A stretch of 38,116 nucleotides of DNA from Bacillota bacterium. Its GTDB lineage: Bacteria > Bacillota > Clostridia > Lachnospirales > Lachnospiraceae. Below, one piece after another: positions 29,664 to 38,116 of the stretch. The translations under genes were made by a program, and so were the position numbers. Numbering within the stretch: position 1 is the stretch's first letter; each line of letters begins with the position of its first letter. The notes beneath the pieces were generated by a model. That model saw only the letters and a list, made by a program, of their open reading frames with translations, made no database searches and was not told where the DNA came from. The stretch is taken from contig JAEZQN010000376.1 in assembly GCA_023441145.1 (NCBI GenBank), forward strand, positions 1 to 38,116, in the 5' to 3' direction.

Positions 29664-29712
29664 AGAGTTTCGCTTGCGAAACTCTCCGCCTGCGGCGGGT
29701 CGTGTAAACGAC
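29664..29712. repeat. Three abutting GC-rich palindromes (REP-like or structured leader element)
   Basis: AGAGTTTCG-CTTG-CGAAACTCT (29664-29685), CCGCC-TGC-GGCGG (29686-29698), GTCGT-GTAA-ACGAC (29699-29712). Confidence 0.75.
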
Positions 29713-29719
29713 ATTACCT

Positions 29720-29749
29720 AAAAAAGACCTACTCAAAATGAGAGGCCTT
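29720..29749 (-). terminator. Terminator-like hairpin between the ABC operon promoter and its first gene
   Basis: Minus strand AAGGCCT-CTCA-TTT-TGAG-T-AGGTCTT then a U-run. Confidence 0.65.
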
Positions 29750-29793
29750 TCCTTTTTACTATGTACGTTAATATACTAGTTAAGGCAATTATT

Positions 29794-29822
29794 ATTATCG
29801 TTTATTCTCTCTCTTATGTCAA
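29794..29822 (-). promoter_or_regulatory. sigmaA-type promoter upstream of the ABC operon
   Basis: TTGACA (29822-29817)-17 nt-GATAAT (29799-29794). Confidence 0.65.
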
Positions 29823-29932
29823 TATCCTTTCACCTTAACATTATGAGATCTTTACCTTCTTAACTCAATCTATTCACGTATCTTGTCCACAATAAATATA
29901 TGCCAAAAAATTATGTATGAGAAATGAAAATT

Positions 29933-32245
29933 TTATATAGTTAAAGTTTTTCCTTGCTTTAATGACAACACTGCCTTTTTTTCATCCTCCTCTCTCTGTA
30001 AAAAGAGATTCAGATATTTTACATCCCCTAGTTCCTTTAATTTTATAGTATATGCCCATTCCTTATCTATTTCTATTGAAGGAAGCATGGCTATTACTTT
30101 ACCGCTAGACTTATAGAGGGGCGCATAGCTAGCACTACCTACTATTAATAAAGGTGGAAGAGTACGAAGATAGCCTTCTGGTTCAACATGTAAAATAACT
30201 TGATAAGGGTATGAAAAAAGCTTCTTTACCTCAAAGTAGTAATTAATACGAACTCTTTCATCCTTAGTAAACAAATTCCTTACACTCTCATATCCCTTCA
30301 GTAAAGCATTGACTCTTAAGGCTATCCCGGCGGAGTAATGTTTTTCTCCATTTATCATATAAACAGTATATACTCGGTAGCCATAAAGATTTCCTGGCTC
30401 AACATCTCGGTCCACACAACCTTTTTGGTTGACATCAGCTACCTTCATTCCCTCCTCTATATGGGCTGGTACATAACCATTTCCCCGATACACCTCTACG
30501 GTAGCTTGTAGTGGTACCTTCCCCCAGCTTATTTGCACATTGGTCCCATTTGAGACAATGGTAGGATCTATTACTTCGCAGTAATTGACAACGCCTGTAC
30601 GTGCAACCAGGGCATTAGAATAGATGCCACACCGAACTGCATATACAACGTAAAAATACTTTTCTCCTGGAATAACAGTATTATCCACGTAGCTATTGCC
30701 ATCCACCATCCCTAATATCTGTCCATCATTTTTATGATAGGGTTTGGCATCCCTCTTTCTCATGACACAGTAACGAATATAGGCGTCCTTTCGGTTGTCG
30801 TTCCAATGAATATAGTTACAGTGCTGCTTACTATCTACAGAAACGGTAATAGTTCCATATAGTTTTGGTGGATATTTTTCCAATAGCTCCATTACACCAG
30901 GATAATCCCCACAAACCTCTAGGGCATCCATCAAGGCATCTACAATAACCTCCTCTTGTTTTGCTGTTCTCGCTTGCATAAGTAGATTTTTACCACTTAC
31001 AAGACCATTGTTAATCTTGGTTTCAATTAACTGGTTTTGATACAGAGGAAAATCCTTTTTTAAGTTAATCAACTCTAGATTTGCTGTATAATATTTTTTT
31101 AATGCAATCTCTTGGTTTATTCTATTTAACATACCATATAACTTTGTTTTTTGAGCAGACAACTGGTCCTCTACTCTCATAAGTTCTGGTAACCTCCCCC
31201 ACTGCTCTATCGCCTCCTTTAGTAGATGAGAGGCTTCCTCATAATTAAGTTTAGACATCTCTTCACGAATCTGAACAACTCTTGGATAGAGATAATGAGC
31301 CCTAGATACAGTCTCCTTTGTAGGCTTTACTTTATGCTTCTCTTCTTTTTTTGGCATCCCCTTACTTTCTAAAACTGCTACAGGTTTATCCTCTCTCTCA
31401 ATACTAATGTGCTCCTGTTCCATATAAAGTCTTAAGAGCTCTTCTGCTTTCTCCTTCTGATTAGTCGCTTCTGTAAGTAGTCTTATTGCTTCCTCCTTCT
31501 GGTTCTTCTCAAGCACCTTCGAGTACCTGGTTGCCACCTCAATCTGTTCATACACTGCCTGAATATCCTTCCACTGAAGATACTCATCATAAGCCTTCTT
31601 CCCTTCCTCAGAAGAAAAGGTAAGTTTACACTCTGCTGAGAGTTTCTCACTAACAGACTCAGTAGAGGTATACTTGCCTTTTTCCCTGTCCATTTTATTG
31701 GCTAACCCAAGCAACTCTCTAGAAGACATTTGCCGCACCTTATCATAAGGCTTATTTTCGCGGAGATAATCATAATAATCTCTTTTTTGAAGTGCCTCAA
31801 GATATACTAAGAAAACTTTAAAATGGTCAAATTTATCCGAATGAGTAACTAAGGAGGGCGTCTTATCTTCCTTTCTTATAGGAACCTTACAGACTTTCTC
31901 TACTACTGTGTATGATATCTGGCACTTATCTGCTATAAACCTGATCTCATTTTCATAAAGATATCCTTTCTTCTCTGCAATCGCCATATAATTCTGGACG
32001 GTTTGACTTATATATCTTAGCGCATCCTCCGCTTCCTTTTATCTAAGAACAGGATCTAACATTACCCTTTTTATTTCAGGTAAAAGGGCCATATATTCCC
32101 GGTGTACAGGCCCTTTTTTAAAATCCATGGTCCCTCTTGACCATTCATGCTGTTTTTTCTCAATCCCCCTCTTAATTTCCTCTATGTCTTCCTCCGGTGG
32201 GTCAAATGGAAGCCCAAGCATAAGATAAAAATTGCTACGACCCAT
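29933..32245 (-). pseudogene. J-domain-like / helical / fibronectin-III-like gene interrupted by one in-frame TAA at 32041-32039
   Basis: The 68-aa and 684-aa ORFs share a frame (starts 258 nt apart) and are joined by open sequence LDPVLR*KEAEDALRYISQTVQNYMAI. N-terminus NFYLMLGL is J-like. Two FN3-like repeats (YVDNTVIPGEKYFYVVYA; CVDRDVEPGNLYGYRVYTVY). No SD before ATG 31987. Confidence 0.75.
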
Positions 32246-32255
32246 GAAAGTCCCC

Positions 32256-34232
32256 CTATTCTATGTTATCTTCGCTAACAATTTGAGCAATCGAGAGCCA
32301 TTCTCCCTTGTTATTCACCTTTTTCGTAAAATCACTGAGTTCCTTAAAGGAGGCAAGTTTCGCTAAATACTCATAATCTGCATTACCAAAAGCCATAGTA
32401 TAAACAGCAACACCCTTTTCTTTGCAGAGATTTGCCACCTGCATAGCACGCTCTTTATCTGGCCATACACCATCCGTAACGATTACCATGGAAACACCTG
32501 TTTCAGAGCTATTATCACTCTGACAGTGCCTTTCATAAAGCAAAGCAAACGGTGAGGTTCCATTACCATAGCTAAACATTCTTCCACTGATATGAAGCCT
32601 TTGTAAAGTTCTAATAATATTATTAGAATGATTTGTAGGAAGTAATATCATCTGACTTTGCTCAGAAAAACCAATAATTCCAACTTTTTTACTGGTAAGA
32701 TCAAGCTCTGACACTAAACGTATAAGAGCTCTCTTTGCCTCAATAAATGGAGTTCCAGCCATACTACCAGACAAATCCACACAAAGATATACGATGCCTT
32801 CCTCTTCTACAATCTCCTCTTTGACTACTTTTGGGCTTTTCTTGACCCATTCCATATCAAGAGGAATCAAGTCTTTCTGTATGGTGAGTTCCTCCCCAGT
32901 CTCTCTTTGACGTGCCTTAATATGTATGATAGCATCCGCATCATAGGTATAAGTAACGTCAATTAGGGTCATTCCTCCCTCTACGTAGGAAATGTGATCG
33001 ATCATGTATTTGCCAACTAACATACAATCCTTAGGGCTCGGCTCCTCCCCTTGTAATAAGTAGATAGACATGCAACCACCTTCTTTTGGTACATTATGTC
33101 GAAAGGTTCTAGTATTAGTAGTAGGGAGTCTTTCGTTTTTCTTTATTATGATAGAATTTACGTACCAGGCTCCATCTAGACTAACCGATATCATTCCCAT
33201 GGAACTTGATACCACCTCATGAATTTTATCTAGAGAAGTCTTATCCTTATTCCATAACCATGCCTTTATGGCTGCTCCAAATACAGCATCATAATCTATA
33301 TTCACACCCATGATACTTACACAATTCAACTCTCTCTCCAATTGTTCTTTCACCATAGGCATCTTAGTTGCTCCACCAGAATAAAGAATACCTTGAAGTT
33401 CAGACTCCTTGATTGATAGACTAAAAAGCAGCTTTCTTACCATATCGATTGTAAGATCTAACATTGTTTTCGTCATCTGAAAAAGTAATTCTCTCGTAAT
33501 ATAATACTTTCCTGTATAATCTTTGTAATGAACAACAGCCTCTGCACCAGAAACTTGACTTAGTCGAACTTTGATTTGCTCAGCCAAAGTACGTACTCTA
33601 ATGCTTTCTACTTTATCTTCCGTAAAATCCACTTTGAATTCCCGGTAGAACTGGTCCTGTATGTAGGAAGCAATCACATCCTCCCACTCTTTTCCACCAA
33701 GGTCTCTACTTCCAGTAGTTCCAAGAATCTTTACTTTAGTTTTATCAATGTCTGCTACTGCAGCTTCAAAACTTCCTCCACCTAGCTTATAGATAAGAAC
33801 CCTAGCTAAAGCGTTCTTATTTCGATAACTATAGGCCAGCGCAGTGGCAGTGGGTTCATTAATAATACCCACTACCTGAACACCTGTCTGGGATACCATC
33901 TCTTTTACATGTCGTCTCTCTCCATCTGTAAAAAAGGACGGCACTGTGATAACTGCTTCTGTAATTCTCTGCTGTATCCTTTGCTGGCCTATCTCCAGTA
34001 GATAGCTTATGTAGTGATCAGATAGACTTATAATTTCACCTTCCCCTGCGTTTCTCTTATCCAAGGCTTCCTGGCCAAACATAAGGGTTCCATCTTCTAA
34101 ACGCACCGTAATAGACGGTGTTCTTCTCTCACCCTCCATGTTTGGCACTAAGACAAGCTCTTCTGTTGCCGGATTTACATATGCAAGGGAGGAATAGCAT
34201 GTTCCCAGGTCAATTCCCACCTGAATTCCCAT
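32256..34232 (-). CDS. Divergent Hsp70-family protein fused to a C-terminal vWA domain
   Basis: GIDLGTCYS, EGERRTPS, VITVPSFF, INEPTATA, YKLGGGSFE, GGATKMP, SBD-beta-like region; vWA LCVDLSGSM.G, VGIIGFS, IVTDG. Confidence 0.9.
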   Translation of the reverse strand: MGIQVGIDLGTCYSSLAYVNPATEELVLVPNMEGERRTPSITVRLEDGTLMFGQEALDKRNAGEGEIISLSDHYISYLLEIGQQRIQQRITEAVITVPSFFTDGERRHVKEMVSQTGVQVVGIINEPTATALAYSYRNKNALARVLIYKLGGGSFEAAVADIDKTKVKILGTTGSRDLGGKEWEDVIASYIQDQFYREFKVDFTEDKVESIRVRTLAEQIKVRLSQVSGAEAVVHYKDYTGKYYITRELLFQMTKTMLDLTIDMVRKLLFSLSIKESELQGILYSGGATKMPMVKEQLERELNCVSIMGVNIDYDAVFGAAIKAWLWNKDKTSLDKIHEVVSSSMGMISVSLDGAWYVNSIIIKKNERLPTTNTRTFRHNVPKEGGCMSIYLLQGEEPSPKDCMLVGKYMIDHISYVEGGMTLIDVTYTYDADAIIHIKARQRETGEELTIQKDLIPLDMEWVKKSPKVVKEEIVEEEGIVYLCVDLSGSMAGTPFIEAKRALIRLVSELDLTSKKVGIIGFSEQSQMILLPTNHSNNIIRTLQRLHISGRMFSYGNGTSPFALLYERHCQSDNSSETGVSMVIVTDGVWPDKERAMQVANLCKEKGVAVYTMAFGNADYEYLAKLASFKELSDFTKKVNNKGEWLSIAQIVSEDNIE

Positions 34233-34257
34233 TTGCCAACCTTCTTTCCCATTTCCT

Positions 34258-35865
34258 TTAATCAATGGTTAGATACATCATTTTACGTTTCAATTCCATT
34301 ACCTTTTCTTCGGTTAATATACACTCTGATTCAAAGGTCGCTTTCACCTCTCGGTGACTCGTCAACTCTTTTGCAGTAAGTCTTAGTGTCCCTTCATTGG
34401 TTAATTCCATAGTGACCTCAACCCCTGAGCCCACCTTTAGATTTCGTGGTAGCTCAAGAATCGCATTTCCTACCTTAAAGGATTCCTCCACCGGATAGGA
34501 CCCCTTCAAAATAGAACTTTCATACACTTCAATATTGGCATATTCCTGGTCCTCTTCGGCAATACCAAATATTTTTTTAACAGTACATGGAGTCGAAGTA
34601 TTCTTTAAAATAAGGTTGGAGATGAGTAACCTTCCATCCCTCATAGCCTTAATTCCAAAACTCTTACTGGTTTTCGTATGGATTACAACCCGCTGGGAGC
34701 GTTTTGGTTCAATAGAAACACTAGGGATATAATCAATTACCTCTACCTCAGTTGGTTGATCTACTGAGGTTATCTCATAGGTGTTCCTAGCATCTGCCAT
34801 ACATTTTACAATGGCGTAAATGGCTGCTCCCTTAGCTACAGCCTCATCAGGTTCCATTATCTTAGGCTGCATACGAATTCTCTCTTCAATAGCTCTAGAT
34901 ACTTGAGGCATTTTAGTAGAACCACCAACCAATAGGAATTCATCGATATGAGAGACTCCATACTCTCTAGCTGTCTTTATAACCTGATCCGTCAAATCCA
35001 TTGAGGTATCTAGAAGCGGTCTTGTCAGCTCATCAAATTTATCCCTAGTTAGTTCTACTGCTGCCTTATATCCTTGAATATGTAACATAATTGTAGTTTT
35101 CTCTCTAGAGCTCAGCTGTATTTTTGCCCGTTCTACCTTAATGGCAAGGTCTTGCTTTGCCTCATCATCATAATCTCCATGATATCCAGATTGTTGTTCA
35201 AACTGTTCTGCTACATATCTCATAATCACTGCATCCCAGTCCTTGCCTCCTAAATCATGGTTTCCATCGGTACAGATAACATTGATGTCTCCACCATCAA
35301 TATTCATCACTGTAACATCAAAGGTTCCCCCACCTAAATCATACACTAAGACTGTCTTTTTCTCAGATTCCTTACTAACACCATAGTAAATCGCTGCAGC
35401 CGTAGGTTCGTCTAATATAGAAATCACGTTAAGCCCTGCAACAATGCCTGCCTGCTTGGTGGCCATACGTTCCGCTTCCCCAAAGTATGCTGGACAAGTA
35501 ATTACCACATCCTTAACTTGATCATCAAGAAGTTCTCCGGCATCTCTACAAATCTTACGAAGAATACAGGCAGAAACCTCCACAGGAGTCATTTCTTTAT
35601 CCCCATTTGCCCCATAATAGACTATTGTCTCTCGCCCCATCTTGGTCTTAATGAGAGATATGGTGTTCTTAGCATAAAGAACAGAAGTATCCTTGGCAAT
35701 CTGTCCAACAATAACTTCACTACTGTCCTCTAGAAACTGTACTACGGAAGGGGTAGTATTGGTCCCTTCCCTGTTTTGAACGATAACCGGTCTTCCAGTT
35801 TCATCCTGATAGGCAATGCAGGAATAGGTGGTTCCCAAATCAATTCCATACACATATTTTGACAT
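34258..35865 (-). CDS. Hsp70-family protein (non-housekeeping, about 535 aa, lacking most of the lid and tail)
   Basis: GIDLGTTYS, EGTNTTPS, VITCPAYF, DEPTAAA, YDLGGGTFDVT, LGGKDWD, LVGGSTKMP, PDEAVAKGAA; AAGGAG RBS. Confidence 0.93.
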   Translation of the reverse strand: MSKYVYGIDLGTTYSCIAYQDETGRPVIVQNREGTNTTPSVVQFLEDSSEVIVGQIAKDTSVLYAKNTISLIKTKMGRETIVYYGANGDKEMTPVEVSACILRKICRDAGELLDDQVKDVVITCPAYFGEAERMATKQAGIVAGLNVISILDEPTAAAIYYGVSKESEKKTVLVYDLGGGTFDVTVMNIDGGDINVICTDGNHDLGGKDWDAVIMRYVAEQFEQQSGYHGDYDDEAKQDLAIKVERAKIQLSSREKTTIMLHIQGYKAAVELTRDKFDELTRPLLDTSMDLTDQVIKTAREYGVSHIDEFLLVGGSTKMPQVSRAIEERIRMQPKIMEPDEAVAKGAAIYAIVKCMADARNTYEITSVDQPTEVEVIDYIPSVSIEPKRSQRVVIHTKTSKSFGIKAMRDGRLLISNLILKNTSTPCTVKKIFGIAEEDQEYANIEVYESSILKGSYPVEESFKVGNAILELPRNLKVGSGVEVTMELTNEGTLRLTAKELTSHREVKATFESECILTEEKVMELKRKMMYLTID

Positions 35866-35884
35866 AGTATAACTCTCCTTCCCA

Positions 35885-36442
35885 TTACGCATTGGATTGA
35901 TATTTGTAGACAGTAACTTTCTCTGGCCAAAGCACCTTTCCTTTGTAGAAGTAACCAAATCCCATACTTTCAGATACCTTTCCATTAAGCTCTAGATTGT
36001 TGGTGGCAACAGTGGATAGAATACGCTGTCTTACCGGAATAAAAGGATCTCCGGCTGTAGCCTTATAAATATCCACTCCATAATTAGTTAAAATGTAGTG
36101 GAGATCCTCAATGAAATCCATAATAATGCCTGCCGCTGCGGCTTCGTTCACTCCCTTGGCTCCATATGTAACCCCAGCCTTTCTTATGTTATCTACCACC
36201 TCGATAATATCTATTAAAACTGGTTTCACTAAGGATGCATATAAATCATTACGATAGTTTTGCAGCTCTCCATGCATCTGGTCTATAATCTTCTCTTGCT
36301 TTTCGTCATAGAGAAATCGTTCTTCAAAATCTTTTGTCAATTGTTCTAAATGTTCAGATATACGCCCCAGTTTCTTTTCAACCTCATCCTTTTCCTCTCT
36401 ATTCTCTGGTGAAGTAAAATCATGCATGGTTCCTTGTTCCAT
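35885..36442 (-). CDS. Divergent GrpE-like nucleotide exchange factor
   Basis: Coiled-coil N-terminus; IIEVVDNIRK, GDPFIP, GFGYFYKGKVLWPEKVTV resemble GrpE motifs (LPVLDN, GEPFDP, GY..RVLRP..V.V); directly upstream of Hsp70. Confidence 0.8.
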   Translation of the reverse strand: MEQGTMHDFTSPENREEKDEVEKKLGRISEHLEQLTKDFEERFLYDEKQEKIIDQMHGELQNYRNDLYASLVKPVLIDIIEVVDNIRKAGVTYGAKGVNEAAAAGIIMDFIEDLHYILTNYGVDIYKATAGDPFIPVRQRILSTVATNNLELNGKVSESMGFGYFYKGKVLWPEKVTVYKYQSNA

Positions 36443-36575
36443 ACTTCCCTTCCTCTCTTAAGACTACTCATAAACAGGTTGTCTGACATTCCTATTCTGG
36501 CTTAATAATACTATTTCCCTATATTTTTATTATTGCCTACATCTATTTAGAACAGAAGTAAAGTAAGTGAATACT

Positions 36576-36626
36576 AAAATAAGCCACCATAATAGTTGGT
36601 TAACACCAAACTACTATGATGGCTTA
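36576..36626 (-). terminator. Terminator of topB
   Basis: Imperfect hairpin TAAGCCACCATA...TATGATGGCTTA with U-tail on the minus strand. Confidence 0.75.
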
Positions 36627-36639
36627 CTATATAAAACAC

Positions 36640-38115
36640 TTATTTCAAATTCAATTTGGACAAAGCATCGGCAAACGGATTATTCAGTGGAATATCCTCC
36701 TTTTTCTGTTGCTTTAGATATTTCACTACATCCTTCTTGCTAACGCCGGCACCTTCCTTTTTCCTACGCTCTGTAAAGCTATCTAGTTTTTCTCGATATC
36801 CACAGCTACATTGGAATACCTTATTTTCCTTACCATACAGTTCCATACGCTTGTGGCACTTTGGACATCTCGCATTACTACTTCTAGAAACAGTTTCTCG
36901 ATACCCACATTCTCTATCCTGACACACGTGATGAGTCGCATTTTTACCCTTTACTAACAATAAACGACTTCCACATTGAGGACACTTATGGTTGGTTAGG
37001 TTATCATGACGAAAATTCTTATCCCCTGCCTTAATCTCTTCTATTAAGGTATTGGCATAACCCCTAATCTCTAGCATAAAATGTTCTCGCTTTAGGCTTC
37101 CTTTGGATATCAAACTTAATTTATTCTCCCAATCAGCGGTAAGCTCTGGCTTCTTTAAGTCCTCAGGAACTAACTCTAATAACTGTTTTCCTTTACTGGT
37201 TATATAAATATCCTTGCCTCTCTTTTCAACAAGGAAGCTAGAAAATAACTTTTCAATAATATCTGCTCTTGTGGCAACGGTACCTAATCCACCTGTCTCA
37301 TTAAGTGTCTTTATAGTTTCCTTATCCTGATCCTTTAGAAAGCTCTGAGGATGCTCCATGGCAGTAAGCAAGGTAGCTTCATTGAAAGGAGCTGGAGGAT
37401 TCGTCTTCCCTTCCGTCATCACAAGTTCCTTAAGGGATAAGCGGTCGCCCTTCTTCATCTCAGAGATAAGCGTGACATCCTCCTTAGCGCTTATTGCATC
37501 TTCTTCCTCTTCTCCCTTAGAGTCTTCCTGTTCATAGACTGCTTTCCACCCTTGTTTCTTTAGCGCATTTACCTTAGTCACAAAGGTCTCGCCGCCAATG
37601 TCTAGGTTAATACTAACCTGGCTATATTCATAATCAGGAGATAAGGTGGAGAAAAACCGCCTTACTACTAAGTCATAGATCTTTCGCTCTTCATTGGTCA
37701 TATTAGAAAGCTGTACATATTGCTCCGTAGGAATAATGGCGTGATGATCACTGACCTTCTGATTATTTACATAAACTGCCTTAGCACTAAAACTCTGTCC
37801 CATAAGCCCATTTCCTATTTGACGATATGGACCTACACTACAAGCTTTTAGTCTCTCCTTTAGGCTATCTACAATATCACTACTAAGGTAACGAGAATCC
37901 GTTCTAGGATAGGTAAGTACCTTATGATTCTCATATAGCCTCTGCATAATATTTAATGTCTCCTTGGCAGAAAAGCCATACCTATTGTTGGCATCTCTCT
38001 GAAGCTCTGTTAAATCATAAAACAGTGGTGAGGGTTTCTTCTTATCACGGATCGTAATCTCTTTAATTACAACTTCCCTAGACTTAAGACTCTCTAAAAG
38101 CTGTTCTACTCTTTG
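36640..38115 (-). CDS. topB: DNA topoisomerase III, 3' part (5' end lies beyond the window)
   Basis: Frame stays open to the window edge (..[32 protein letters not shown]); active site [29 protein letters not shown]-terminal Zn ribbons. Confidence 0.95.
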   Translation of the reverse strand, partial: QRVEQLLESLKSREVVIKEITIRDKKKPSPLFYDLTELQRDANNRYGFSAKETLNIMQRLYENHKVLTYPRTDSRYLSSDIVDSLKERLKACSVGPYRQIGNGLMGQSFSAKAVYVNNQKVSDHHAIIPTEQYVQLSNMTNEERKIYDLVVRRFFSTLSPDYEYSQVSINLDIGGETFVTKVNALKKQGWKAVYEQEDSKGEEEEDAISAKEDVTLISEMKKGDRLSLKELVMTEGKTNPPAPFNEATLLTAMEHPQSFLKDQDKETIKTLNETGGLGTVATRADIIEKLFSSFLVEKRGKDIYITSKGKQLLELVPEDLKKPELTADWENKLSLISKGSLKREHFMLEIRGYANTLIEEIKAGDKNFRHDNLTNHKCPQCGSRLLLVKGKNATHHVCQDRECGYRETVSRSSNARCPKCHKRMELYGKENKVFQCSCGYREKLDSFTERRKKEGAGVSKKDVVKYLKQQKKEDIPLNNPFADALSKLNLK

Positions 38116-38116
38116 C

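Noticed and set aside
34258..36442. Calling these genes housekeeping grpE-dnaK
   Set aside because: No hrcA, CIRCE or canonical dnaJ; the Hsp70 is short and lacks the DLLLD-type linker, so gene symbols were withheld
36443..36575. Possible alternative-sigma promoter for the Hsp70 operon
   Set aside because: A -10-like GGAAATAGTA is present on the minus strand but no matching -35 at the expected spacing; too weak to call

Overview
AT-rich chromosomal window from a low-GC Firmicute. Gene content and style suggest Clostridia, probably Lachnospiraceae (inference). From left to right it holds: an argC-argJ-argB-argD operon with divergent argG and ARG-box-like operators; a membrane GGDEF(degenerate)-EAL protein; a complete glmS ribozyme followed by glmS; a MarR + GNAT pair; asnA/histidine phosphatase/maf; a cell-wall amidase; a cold-shock gene with a structured leader; a six-gene cluster (Zn-finger membrane protein, DUF5685-like protein, Cys-tailed J-domain protein, membrane protein, Zn-ribbon protein, LURP-one-like protein); an NhaC-family transporter; a GGDEF-GGDEF-EAL gene coupled to metF; a GT-C-type glycosyltransferase; a three-gene ABC importer; and the 3' part of topB. 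The most unusual locus is 29933-36442, a non-housekeeping chaperone-like operon with no CIRCE element upstream. It encodes a GrpE-like protein, a short Hsp70, a second Hsp70 with damaged ATPase motifs fused to a MIDAS-bearing vWA domain, and a J-like/helical/FN3-like gene interrupted by one in-frame TAA. The second candidate is the DUF5685-like gene (two Asp-rich isoprenoid-synthase-like motifs) overlapping a J-protein gene whose product ends in a cysteine string. No mobile elements, CRISPR arrays, tRNA or rRNA genes were seen. All calls come from motif recognition by eye; no searches were run. Several start codons were moved from the ORF track to the Met with the better RBS.
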